A stretch of 61,361 bases of DNA from Eubacterium limosum (GCA_959020865.1 CAUEUD010000001.1:1-61361), one strand, 5' to 3'. Shown: positions 48,400-57,607, numbered from the stretch's first letter. Made by a program: numbers and translations. Notes: generated from the letters alone by a model not told the origin.

Positions 48400-49026
48400 A
48401 TGAAAGGCTTAATCATCAAAGAATTCCTTGGACTGCGCCAGTATTTGAGAGTGCTCGGCTTTCTGCTGCTTGCGTATGGAGCCATGGCTTATATTATGAG
48501 AACCACTGTCTTTATTCCAGTGGTCAACGCTTTTCTGATCATGATCTGTGTACTCAACAGCTCTAATTATGATGACAATAACCGCTGGGAGCAATTTGTT
48601 CTTACTCTACCAGTGTCAAAAAGTGATCTAGTCACCAGCAAATACCTTTTTATCCTTCTGCTATGCATTGCCAGCACTGGTATTACCCTGGTACTGAGCC
48701 TGATTCTCAGTCTGCTGTTTCCTGCTTCTTTAACTACCATCTTTATCGCTTCAGTGGCGTCAGCTTTTGCGGGACTCTTTCTAGCTTCTCTGAGTATGCC
48801 AATCATCTACAGATGCGGTACTGAGAAGGCACGCTACATACTCGTCATCATCATCATGGTGCCCACACTCCTTCTGAGGGCCTTCAGCGATAGTCTAAAT
48901 AAACTGTGCCTTCCCAGCGCACCAGTTCTTGTCCGGATAGGTTTAAGCGCTGCGGCCTTTGTCGTTGTCTTTGCCCTTCTCTCCTATGGTCTGTCACAAA
49001 AACTTTTTGCGGCACGGGAGTTCTGA
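48400..49026 (+). CDS. ABC-2 transporter permease (paralog 2)
   Basis: Same length (208 aa) and motifs as the preceding gene. Confidence 0.85.
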   Translation: MKGLIIKEFLGLRQYLRVLGFLLLAYGAMAYIMRTTVFIPVVNAFLIMICVLNSSNYDDNNRWEQFVLTLPVSKSDLVTSKYLFILLLCIASTGITLVLSLILSLLFPASLTTIFIASVASAFAGLFLASLSMPIIYRCGTEKARYILVIIIMVPTLLLRAFSDSLNKLCLPSAPVLVRIGLSAAAFVVVFALLSYGLSQKLFAAREF

Positions 49027-49041
49027 TTCTTAAATAAACAT

Positions 49042-49099
49042 TTGATCATTATTTGCCGGTAGGTTATAATAAGGTACAAACAGGATGTCCAAACATCCT
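49042..49099 (+). promoter_or_regulatory. Promoter and candidate FadR autoregulatory operator
   Basis: TTGATC-17-TATAAT then AGGATGT-ccaa-ACATCCT inverted repeat. Confidence 0.6.
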
Positions 49100-49127
49100 A
49101 CTAAATGACCTTAGGAGATTTAAAATT

Positions 49128-49844
49128 ATGCCAAGCGACAGAAAAAAACCGGCAAATGCCCTTTCACCCATTGATAACTCCTCCATTGTTGACAAGATTA
49201 TCGACCGGATTGTCAAAGCCATTTCTACCGGACAGTTTAAGGTAGGGGAAAAACTCCCCAGTGAATTTGAGCTCATGGAAGAGCTGAACGTAGGGCGGAA
49301 CTCCCTGCGGGAGGCCATGAAAATTTTATCCGCACTGGGCGTAGTCGATATACGGCGCGGTGACGGCACCTATGTGTGCGATCACATTGCCCCTACAGTC
49401 TTCAACCCCATTATCTACAGCATCATCTTCCAGGCCGAAAGTGACCCGGACATGGTGGAATTCAGAGAGTGTATGGAGGAGATGGTCCTGCGCACAGCCA
49501 TGAAAAAGGCCACCGACGGCGACATCGTCCACCTGAGCCAGATCATCAAGGATATCCGCAAGTCTTATGAGAGCGGCGACAAGGAAAAAGCCGCCTACCT
49601 GGATTACAAGTTTCACGTTGCCATTGCAGATATCTGCGGCAACCCCTATATTTCCAAGCTGGTCAACGGCATCTATGAGATCTTTTCCCTGTCCATTGAG
49701 GATACCATCAATACCCAGGAGCTTTTCGACAAGGCTGAGGGCTATCACAAGGAAATCCTCCGCTGTATTCAGGAAAAGGATGTGAAAAGCATCGACGCCG
49801 CAGTGGAAAAGAGCATGACCTTCTGGCACAGTAAAGAGAGTTGA
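49128..49844 (+). CDS. FadR/GntR-family regulator (FCD domain)
   Basis: KLPSEFEL...VGRNSLREA..L, D.KFH.AIA..GN. Confidence 0.92.
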   Translation: MPSDRKKPANALSPIDNSSIVDKIIDRIVKAISTGQFKVGEKLPSEFELMEELNVGRNSLREAMKILSALGVVDIRRGDGTYVCDHIAPTVFNPIIYSIIFQAESDPDMVEFRECMEEMVLRTAMKKATDGDIVHLSQIIKDIRKSYESGDKEKAAYLDYKFHVAIADICGNPYISKLVNGIYEIFSLSIEDTINTQELFDKAEGYHKEILRCIQEKDVKSIDAAVEKSMTFWHSKES

Positions 49845-49989
49845 TAATTGATAGTGGATAGTTGATAGTTTTGGAACACTTTTGCCTAAGGCAAAAGCGA
49901 TTAGAAGGCGGCCTCTGCCGCGTCCAATCAAATCTGCCGCAGGCAGATTTGCACCTGAACTATCCACTATCAACTATCCACTATTCACC
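49839..49989 (-). repeat. Heptamer-armed cloverleaf element, copy G (inverted)
   Basis: Minus strand: AGTGGAT arms, GGTGCAAATCTGCC/GGCAGATTTG, GCGGC..GCCGC, AATCGCTTTTGCC/GGCAAAAG, GTTCC. Confidence 0.9.
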
Positions 49990-50017
49990 AAAAAAAAGAG
50001 CCCAAAGGCTCTTTTTT
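49990..50017. terminator. Bidirectional terminator
   Basis: AAAAAAGAGCC-caaa-GGCTCTTTTTT between convergent genes. Confidence 0.8.
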
Positions 50018-50681
50018 AATCTAAGTCTGCAATCACACTGACCTGGCTGCTGTCTACGCCTACGATACGCAGCGGAGCGGCAACGACAAAATTGATTTTG
50101 CCCTTTAATTCGGACAGGTTCATGTCTTCGATTGCAGTGATGAATTTTTCAGTGTTCAGGCCTAACAGATTCTGGTGAGCCGGAGCTGCCAGGTCATTAC
50201 AAGGCGAGCCGATTGCCAGGAAGTCAAAGCCCACGCATCTCAGGTTTTTGTAGGTGTTAACCATGTACAGGCAGGTTTCCGGTGTCAGGAATGGGCCTTC
50301 CATCTGATATTTCTTAGGATCTGTTTTTCTTACTTCGCCAAAGCCAGTGCGGATCAGCAGCAGGTCGGCCTGCTGGATTTCGTCTTCATGCTTCTTTAAA
50401 TCCTCGATGGTTACGCCTTCGCAGGCATTTTTCGGAATATCTAAAAGCAGTACTTTTTTGAACACAAAGTAGTCAATGGGCAGCTCATTGATTCTCAGTC
50501 CGTCTGGGTTGAAATGCTTCGGCGCATCATAGTGGGTGCCGCAGTGGTTTGGCAGCTCGGACATAAAGCTGTTGAACGGGGTTTCATCACCGATTTCAGT
50601 ACACTGTCTTACTTTGATGACCGGTTCGCCTGGCCATGCTAAATCGTTCGGGTCCAATGGATAGGATAAGAAAATGTTCAT
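50016..50681 (-). CDS. Cyclase / kynurenine-formamidase-like metal-dependent hydrolase
   Basis: HCGTHYDAPKH (HxGTHxDxPxH), LLIRTG, VGFD. Confidence 0.85.
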   Translation of the reverse strand: MNIFLSYPLDPNDLAWPGEPVIKVRQCTEIGDETPFNSFMSELPNHCGTHYDAPKHFNPDGLRINELPIDYFVFKKVLLLDIPKNACEGVTIEDLKKHEDEIQQADLLLIRTGFGEVRKTDPKKYQMEGPFLTPETCLYMVNTYKNLRCVGFDFLAIGSPCNDLAAPAHQNLLGLNTEKFITAIEDMNLSELKGKINFVVAAPLRIVGVDSSQVSVIADLD

Positions 50682-50744
50682 AAAGTTCACCTCATATAAA
50701 TTTTATTTTATCAAACGGCAGCGTTGGCCGTTAATAATCCCAAA

Positions 50745-50895
50745 ATAGTTGATAGTTGATGGTTGATAGTGGATAGTTTAGGTGCAAATCTGCCCTGCAG
50801 ATTTGATTGGATGCGGCCGCAGGCCGCTTTCTTACTCGCTTAAGCAGGGCGAAAGCGTTCCTCAACTATCCACTATCCATTATCCACTATTCACT
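50745..50895 (+). repeat. Heptamer-armed cloverleaf element, copy H
   Basis: AGTTGAT/AGTGGAT arms; GGTGCAAATCTG/CAGATTTG; GCGGCC-gca-GGCCGC; GTTCC; ATCCACT arms. Confidence 0.88.
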
Positions 50896-50901
50896 GCTCT
50901 T

Positions 50902-52335
50902 TTATTCTCCCATCAACGTCTCAACCGCTTCTCTCAGTGTGGTGTTGGTGCCAACGTTGCCCGGGAAGATCACATAGGGCAGTCCTGGGAATTTGCTTTC
51001 TTCCCCGGTCATCCATACAGGAATCCCCGGTTTAATCTGGCCCATGACATTGGCCTTCTGCACCCGCAGTGCCTTCGTGCCGATGTCGCTGGAGGTAATC
51101 CCGCCCTTGGCCACAATAAAGTTGGGGCGCACCGACAGGTTGGTGATGATGCTGGTGACCGCGTCGGATATTTTGACAGACACCTTAAGCTGTTCATCCT
51201 TATCGTCAGTATCCAGGTCAAAGCGGTCCCGGCGGGTATAGACAGCGACGGTTTTACCAGCCTTAATATCTGCGTCCACAATGGACACTACCCGTTCTAC
51301 TTCCTGTTCCAGTCCGTTTTCTTCCAGGACACGGTGCTGGTTAAACTCGATAAACTCAATGGGCTTGTCCGAGTTTTTCAGCTCCTCAAGCTGTGCGGTC
51401 GTCTTGTTGACATGGGAGCCGACAACAATGATGCCGCCATTCCTGTTTTCTGTTAAAATCAGCTCGTCATGGCTGAGAATCGGCTTATCCGTCACGCCGC
51501 CGAGCACCTTTGTGATAGCTGCGGCTGAGCGGAATATAAAGTTTTTACCCTGATTCATGGCTTTTACCAGCGCGATGGCAAAAACCTTGACATCTGCGTA
51601 GTCGATGGAATTGACCACGATTTTATTGAAATCCTTCACCTGCATGAGCTGATCTGCGATCTTATCGATTTCCAGATTTCTCAGGTCCTCCAGTGAAATA
51701 AAGGTCACATCCCCGGCCTTGTATTTGCCGCCGGATTTTTCTTCGCACCACTCACCCAGATGGGACGCCTTGTACCCAAAGGATTTATCCTTCGCAAACT
51801 CGGTTTCGCCCGCTGGTACCAGCACATCGCCCTCCTGCACATAATGAACGTTGCCGATGGTAAAGCGGCCGCCCTCTTTAAAGAAGGGATAGATAATTTC
51901 GCCGTCAATTTTCTGGTCTGATCCGGACTCAATGACATCCTTTAAAATCTCTGGCTCCAGCGGATAATGACCGCGGAGGGTAGAGTCGCTCCGGCTGATC
52001 ACGACAAATTTTTTACCGGTTTCCTTTGCCACCTGTAAAATGTTCTCAGCCATTTCCCGGTGAGCCTTTGTGGTCTCGGGAGCCGTCAGCCCTCTGGAGT
52101 TGGTCAGGATGAAGAACATGCTGTTTTCCTCGTCAAAGCCCTTGCGCATGCTGTCGACCGACCAGTCGGTATAGACGGAAATATCGTGGACGGTCTGTAC
52201 CCCGGTGGGGTCGTCGTCCAGAACCACAATTTTGCGGTCAAAGCCTTTTAAGGCTTCATCGAGCTGTGCGTTAACGGCTTTCTCGTCAATAGGCTTAAAG
52301 GTTGTTAAAATGGATGCCTCTAATCTTTCTGCCAT
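50902..52335 (-). CDS. Four-carbon acid sugar kinase family protein (DUF1537)
   Basis: VVLDDDPTG.QTV, SRSDSTLRGH, VVGSHV..TT.QL, AKGGITSSD, FPGNVG. Confidence 0.9.
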   Translation of the reverse strand: MAERLEASILTTFKPIDEKAVNAQLDEALKGFDRKIVVLDDDPTGVQTVHDISVYTDWSVDSMRKGFDEENSMFFILTNSRGLTAPETTKAHREMAENILQVAKETGKKFVVISRSDSTLRGHYPLEPEILKDVIESGSDQKIDGEIIYPFFKEGGRFTIGNVHYVQEGDVLVPAGETEFAKDKSFGYKASHLGEWCEEKSGGKYKAGDVTFISLEDLRNLEIDKIADQLMQVKDFNKIVVNSIDYADVKVFAIALVKAMNQGKNFIFRSAAAITKVLGGVTDKPILSHDELILTENRNGGIIVVGSHVNKTTAQLEELKNSDKPIEFIEFNQHRVLEENGLEQEVERVVSIVDADIKAGKTVAVYTRRDRFDLDTDDKDEQLKVSVKISDAVTSIITNLSVRPNFIVAKGGITSSDIGTKALRVQKANVMGQIKPGIPVWMTGEESKFPGLPYVIFPGNVGTNTTLREAVETLMGE

Positions 52336-52344
52336 ATCACTCAC

Positions 52345-53241
52345 CTACTGTTCCTTACGTTTTACTTCGACACCGGCCAGCTTTTCAAAATACTGTACAA
52401 TGCCGCCGTGGTCATCTTCCAGATGGCCGTCTACCTTCAGAGCCTGCATGATTTCCAGCAGTTGGCTGCTCATGGGCAGCGGAACATCAATGTCATGAGC
52501 GGTTGCCATGACGTTTTTAATATCTTTCAGGTTAATGGAAATTTTACCGCCGGGTACAAAATTGCGGTCGATCATCAGCGGCGCCTTGGCGTCGAGGACG
52601 GTGCTTCCCGCAAGGCCGCCCCGGATCGCCTTGTAAACCAGCTCCGGATCAGCCCCGGCCTTTGTGGCCAGTACCAGCGCCTCCGATACGGCTGCGATGT
52701 TCAGGTTAACAATGACCTGATTGGCCAGCTTGGTGACAGAACCGCTGCCGGTTTCACCGACCAGCAATGCCGATGCGCCCATGATGTCAAAGTAAGGAGC
52801 CATTTTGTCAAAGGCTTCCTGTTTGCCGCCGACCATAAAAGCCAGCGTTCCATCGATCGCCTTGGGTTCTCCGCCGCTTACCGGCGCATCCAGGAAATCC
52901 ACCCCCAGGGGCGCCAGTTTTTCCGCGCAAACCTTGGATTCTGTGGGTGTCACAGAGCTCATATCCACCACAACGCTGCCTTCTTTGACGCCCTCAGCCA
53001 CGCCGTCAGCGCCAAATAATACCGACTGGACAATGGCGCCATTGGGAAGAATGGTGAAGATAACCGGGCATTTTTCGCCAATCTCTTTCAGTGTTGCCGC
53101 CTGAGCGCCCATATCTGTCAGTTCCTTTACTGCATCTTCGTTTAAATCGTTTACCAGCAGGCTGCAGCCTCCTTTCACCAGGTTCTTAGCCATTGGTTTT
53201 CCCATAATACCGAGTCCGATAAAACCAACCATACGATCCAT
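52345..53241 (-). CDS. garR: 2-hydroxy-3-oxopropionate reductase / beta-hydroxyacid dehydrogenase
   Basis: GFIGLGIMGKPMAKNL, DAPVSGG, KLANQ, IRGGLAGSTVLDAKAP. Confidence 0.82.
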   Translation of the reverse strand: MDRMVGFIGLGIMGKPMAKNLVKGGCSLLVNDLNEDAVKELTDMGAQAATLKEIGEKCPVIFTILPNGAIVQSVLFGADGVAEGVKEGSVVVDMSSVTPTESKVCAEKLAPLGVDFLDAPVSGGEPKAIDGTLAFMVGGKQEAFDKMAPYFDIMGASALLVGETGSGSVTKLANQVIVNLNIAAVSEALVLATKAGADPELVYKAIRGGLAGSTVLDAKAPLMIDRNFVPGGKISINLKDIKNVMATAHDIDVPLPMSSQLLEIMQALKVDGHLEDDHGGIVQYFEKLAGVEVKRKEQ

Positions 53242-53267
53242 TTCAGTACCTCTTTTCTGTTTTCTCA

Positions 53268-53392
53268 GTAGGTCATCCTACCTTTATAGCTAAAATTTTT
53301 AATAGAACGTCATTTGTTAAATGTGTAACGAAGAACGTCCTATGTATTGCTTTTCATGACCTAATAATAAAACCTCTCGCACACTTTGTCAA
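53268..53392 (-). promoter_or_regulatory. Promoter with candidate FadR-type boxes
   Basis: TTGACA(53387-92)-17-TATTAT; GTAGGTCATCCTAC palindrome (53268-53281) and TAGGTCAT half-site near +1. Confidence 0.55.
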
Positions 53393-53413
53393 GCTTTTTT
53401 TTAAATCTTAAAT

Positions 53414-53439
53414 AAAAAAAACACGGCGTAAACCGTGTT
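53414..53439 (-). terminator. Intrinsic terminator after polC
   Basis: AACACGG-tttacg-CCGTGTTTTTTTT. Confidence 0.78.
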
Positions 53440-53440
53440 C

Positions 53441-53485
53441 AGCGTGTCGAGAAATTTTATCATGAAGAAGTAAAGCATTAAAAAG
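53441..53485 (+). mobile_element. MITE-like shell end without cloverleaf core
   Basis: AGCGTGTCGAGAAATTTTATCATGAAGAAGTAAAGCATTAAAAAG aligns with 36742-36785. Confidence 0.6.
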
Positions 53486-53497
53486 CCGCCAGCTTTT

Positions 53498-56400
53498 CTA
53501 AAACATACTCATAAAGCTCATCTGGTTGGAGTCTGGCAGGCTGCTCAGACAGCCAAACTGCTCGAGCTTTTCGATATTGGATTTATTGACCTTGGCCCTG
53601 GTCTGCAGATCCTCCTTGGAGATGAAGGGCCGCTTCTGGGCTTCCTCATAAATCTGCATGGCCGCCTTATCACCCAGGCCGTCAATGGCGTTGAGCGGTG
53701 GCAGCAGATCATTGCCGACGATTTTAAACTCGCTGTAGTGGGACTCGTACACATCCACATTTTTAAAGCCAAAACCACGGCAGTACATTTCCAGCGCCAG
53801 CTCCAGCGAAGTCAGGAGCTGCTGATCCTTGTTGCTGGCCTTGTTCCCCTGAGATCGGATTTCTGCCAGTGTTTTCTTGACTGTCTCCTTGCCGTTGGTC
53901 ATCTTTTCCAGATTAAATTCCTTGGCGCGGATACTGAAATAGGTGGCGTAATAGGCCAGCGGATAGTAAACCTTGTAGTAGGCGATGCGGAAGGCCATCA
54001 TAACATAGGCTGCCGCATGGGCCTTAGGGAACATGTACTTGATTTTCTTACAGGAATCAATGTACCAGGCCGGTACATTATTTTCCTTCATATACGCTTC
54101 CTCATCCTCTGTCAGGCCCTTCCCTTTACGGACATGCTCCATAATGCTGAAGGATTCCTTGGGCGCCAGTCCCATTGAGATCAGGCCGAGCATAATATCG
54201 TCACGGGTACAGATAACGTCCTTGATGGTCGCAGTCCCGGAACGCACAAGGTCCTGCGCATTGTTGGTCCAGACATCTGTGCCGTGGGATAAGCCGGAAA
54301 TACGGATCAGGTCTGAAAAGGCGGTGGGCTTGGTGTCCAGCACCATCTGGCGGACAAAGTTGGTCCCGAACTCGGGGATACCACAGGTACCGAGGGGGAT
54401 GTCAAAATCATCGTCCTTCAGATCCAGGGCGCTGGTGCCTGTGAACAGGCTGATGACCTTTTCGTCGTCCAGCGGAATCTCCTGAGGGTCAAGTCCTGTG
54501 ATGTCCTTGAGCATGCGGAGCATGGTCGGGTCATCATGACCCAGGATGTCGAGCTTCAGGAGGCGCCCGGAAATGGAATGGTAATCGAAATGGGTGGTCA
54601 TGGTGCCGCAGTCCCGGTCATCGGCCGGGTACTGGATCGGTGTAAAGTCATAGATATCCTTATCCTTTGGCACAACCATTACCCCGCCGGGATGCTGGCC
54701 TGTGGTGCGCTTAACGCCCGCACAGCCCTCAATCACACGCTCCATCTCTGCTCTGGGCGCGTTAACGCCATTTTCATCAAAGAAATTTTTCACATAGCCA
54801 AAGGCAGTCTTATCTGCCAGTGTCGCAATGGTTCCCGCGCGGTAGACCTTTCCCTCGCCAAAGAGCACCTCGGTGTAATGGTGGGCCTCCGGCTGGTTTT
54901 CGCCCGAGAAGTTAAGGTCAATATCGGGCTCCTTATCCCCCTCAAAACCGAGGAAAGTCTCAAAAGGAATATCAAAGCCGTCCTTATTCATGGGATGGCC
55001 GCATTCCGGACAGTCAGCGTTGGGAAGGTCAGGCCCTACCCCCACCTTTGTGCTGTCAAAGAACTCATAATGCTTGCAGTTCGGGCAGACATAGTGGGGC
55101 GCCAGAGAGTTAACCTCTGTGATCCCGCAGAGCATGGCAACCAGTGACGAGCCGACCGATCCTCTGGAGCCTACCAGGTAACCATCCTCCAGGGAATGGT
55201 GTACCAGCTTCTGGGCGATCAGGTACAGAACCGAATAGCCGTTGCCGATAATGGAGTCCAGCTCACGCTTCACGCGCTGTTCCACAATGTCTGGCAACGG
55301 GTCACCGTACATCTCATGGGCCTTTTTATAAACCATATCCCGAATCTCGTCATCCGAGCCCTCAATGATGGGCGGGAAGGTGCCATCGGGTATGGGCTTC
55401 ACGTCGTCAAACAGTTCTGCCACCTTGCGCGGATTGGTGACGACCAGCTCATAGGCGGTCTGCGGGTCCACATAGGTAAACTCGTCCAGCATTTCCTGGG
55501 TCGAGCGGTAGTAAAGCGGCGGCTGCTCATGGGAATCCTTGTAGCCCTGGCCGGCCTGCAGAATCTCTCTGAAATAGGCGTCACTGGGGTCCACAAAATG
55601 GACGTCCCCGGTGGCAACCACCAGCTTGCCCTTTTCCCGGCCAAGCTCGACAATCCGCCGGTTGACATCTGCCAGCTCTTCCATGGAGTGGACGGTCTCA
55701 TTCCGAAGTAAGTATTCATTGTTTCCCAGAGGCTGTACCTCAAAGTAGTCATAAAAATCAGCGATTTCATCCAATCGGTTTTTGGGCACATTCTTAAGCA
55801 CTGCCTTGTACAGCTCTCCAGCCTCGCAGGCGCTGCCAATAATCAGATTTTCCCGGTGAGCCGCCAACAGGGATTTTGGTATCCTCGGGCGTCTGTAAAA
55901 ATAATGGATATGTGCCTCAGAAACCAGCTTGTACAGATCCTTCAGCCCCGCCTGGTTTTTGGCGTAGATGATAATATGATAGGTATCGCCGGATTTTATG
56001 ATCTGCTCCACGTCCATCAGGCCATTAAGCCCAGCGACCTCTTCCACATCCCGTTTCTGGGCCAGCTCCATCAGCTTGACAAAAATCTTCGCCGAGCACA
56101 CCGAGTCGTCCAGCGCCCGGTGATGGTGCCCCATGTCCACCTTAAAATAGCTCGCCAGCTTTTTGAGGTTATGCTTGTTGATGGTGGGGATCAGGGTCCG
56201 GGACATTGCCAGCGTGTCAATATAGGTAATGTTGTTTTCCAGATGATGTGCATTCAGCGCGATCTCCATAAAGCCCATATCAAATTTTGCGTTGTGGGCC
56301 ACCAGAATCAGGTCGCCGCAAAATTCACAGAAGGCTTTAACCGCAGCTTCTTCCTCTTCGCCGGCCTCAACCATCTGATTGGTAATCCCGGTGAGATTGG

Positions 56401-57607
56401 TGATAAATGGCGGAATGGGCCGGTGTGGATTGACAATCTTGGAGAAGGTATCCACAATATGCTTGTTTTTAATTTTGACGGCTGCAATCTCAATGATATT
56501 GTCCTTGCCGGGAATCAGGCCAGTGGTCTCAAGGTCAAAGAAAACAAATTCGCCCTCAAAGCTTTCATTCTGTTCCCCCGTTACAATATACTGGTCGTCA
56601 TCCACCAGATAGCCCTCGACACCATACAGCACCTTGATGCCGTATTTTTTGCTCAGGGACATCATTTCAGGGTAAGCCTGAAGCACACCGTGGTCGGTGA
56701 TACCGATGGCGTCATGGCCAAAGTCATTGGCCTGCTTCATGATTTTAGCCACCTTGCTCACTGCATCCATGGAGCTGTACTGGCTGTGAAGGTGAAGCTC
56801 GACGCGCTTTTCCTCTGCGTTGTCACGGCGCACCGGCGCTGCGGCCACCTCCATATTTTTAGGTGTCAGCACCTTTTCGTGGGAGTACTCGTCATAATTG
56901 ACATTGCCCTCAACCTTAAACCAGCGGTCCTTTTTCAGATTTTCCTTGATCATGCCCACATTCTTCTTCCGGGCAAAAATCTTACAGGAGACACTGCCGT
57001 GTTCATCGGTAATGTTAAAGGTAAAGAGGGTTGTTTTGTCGGTAATTTCCCTGGAATCAATGCCAAAGACACGGCCGCTGACCACAATGTTCGTGCTGTC
57101 CAGCACCGCGCCTGTACTGAAGTCAATTTCTCCCATGGACTGGGCGGGACGCTTGATCTTGTCCCCCATGACAACTTCGCCAACGTCCAGCACACGGGCT
57201 TCCTCCTCTTTGCCATCCTTTTTCCCCGTCGAGCCGCTGCCAGACTTAGCCGGCGGCGTATCCTTTATGACCTTTAACCGCTTGTTCAGCGCGTCCTCTT
57301 TTTTCTTAGCCAGAGCGTCGTAATCCACGTTTTCCATGAGCCTGTGAACTGATTTCTCAGCTCCAGCCCCAGGTTTCCCCCCGGCCATCGGAGAAATAAA
57401 GACACTCAGGCTTTTGGTATAGTCAAATATCCCCATCAGTTCCCGCTGCACCAAAGATTTATCGCACTCCGGGATACGGGTCTTAAAGGTAAAAACCAGC
57501 TCCTGGCTCGCAGAGTTCACCTCGACACGCTGGGGCTCCAGTCCGTATTTTTTTATGAGTTCTTCCAAATCATTCTGTTTATGTATAATCGGATTCAAGG
57601 TGTCCAC
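53498..57607 (-). CDS. polC: DNA polymerase III alpha subunit, Gram-positive type
   Basis: OB domain, PHP ELHLHS, DEDDh exonuclease (DLETTG), GSRGSVGSS, PDIDLNF, FPKAHAAAY. Confidence 0.97.
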   Translation of the reverse strand: MDTLNPIIHKQNDLEELIKKYGLEPQRVEVNSASQELVFTFKTRIPECDKSLVQRELMGIFDYTKSLSVFISPMAGGKPGAGAEKSVHRLMENVDYDALAKKKEDALNKRLKVIKDTPPAKSGSGSTGKKDGKEEEARVLDVGEVVMGDKIKRPAQSMGEIDFSTGAVLDSTNIVVSGRVFGIDSREITDKTTLFTFNITDEHGSVSCKIFARKKNVGMIKENLKKDRWFKVEGNVNYDEYSHEKVLTPKNMEVAAAPVRRDNAEEKRVELHLHSQYSSMDAVSKVAKIMKQANDFGHDAIGITDHGVLQAYPEMMSLSKKYGIKVLYGVEGYLVDDDQYIVTGEQNESFEGEFVFFDLETTGLIPGKDNIIEIAAVKIKNKHIVDTFSKIVNPHRPIPPFITNLTGITNQMVEAGEEEEAAVKAFCEFCGDLILVAHNAKFDMGFMEIALNAHHLENNITYIDTLAMSRTLIPTINKHNLKKLASYFKVDMGHHHRALDDSVCSAKIFVKLMELAQKRDVEEVAGLNGLMDVEQIIKSGDTYHIIIYAKNQAGLKDLYKLVSEAHIHYFYRRPRIPKSLLAAHRENLIIGSACEAGELYKAVLKNVPKNRLDEIADFYDYFEVQPLGNNEYLLRNETVHSMEELADVNRRIVELGREKGKLVVATGDVHFVDPSDAYFREILQAGQGYKDSHEQPPLYYRSTQEMLDEFTYVDPQTAYELVVTNPRKVAELFDDVKPIPDGTFPPIIEGSDDEIRDMVYKKAHEMYGDPLPDIVEQRVKRELDSIIGNGYSVLYLIAQKLVHHSLEDGYLVGSRGSVGSSLVAMLCGITEVNSLAPHYVCPNCKHYEFFDSTKVGVGPDLPNADCPECGHPMNKDGFDIPFETFLGFEGDKEPDIDLNFSGENQPEAHHYTEVLFGEGKVYRAGTIATLADKTAFGYVKNFFDENGVNAPRAEMERVIEGCAGVKRTTGQHPGGVMVVPKDKDIYDFTPIQYPADDRDCGTMTTHFDYHSISGRLLKLDILGHDDPTMLRMLKDITGLDPQEIPLDDEKVISLFTGTSALDLKDDDFDIPLGTCGIPEFGTNFVRQMVLDTKPTAFSDLIRISGLSHGTDVWTNNAQDLVRSGTATIKDVICTRDDIMLGLISMGLAPKESFSIMEHVRKGKGLTEDEEAYMKENNVPAWYIDSCKKIKYMFPKAHAAAYVMMAFRIAYYKVYYPLAYYATYFSIRAKEFNLEKMTNGKETVKKTLAEIRSQGNKASNKDQQLLTSLELALEMYCRGFGFKNVDVYESHYSEFKIVGNDLLPPLNAIDGLGDKAAMQIYEEAQKRPFISKEDLQTRAKVNKSNIEKLEQFGCLSSLPDSNQMSFMSMF

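Noticed and set aside
55856..57277. 473 aa plus-strand ORF
   Set aside because: Antisense shadow of polC caused by codon bias.
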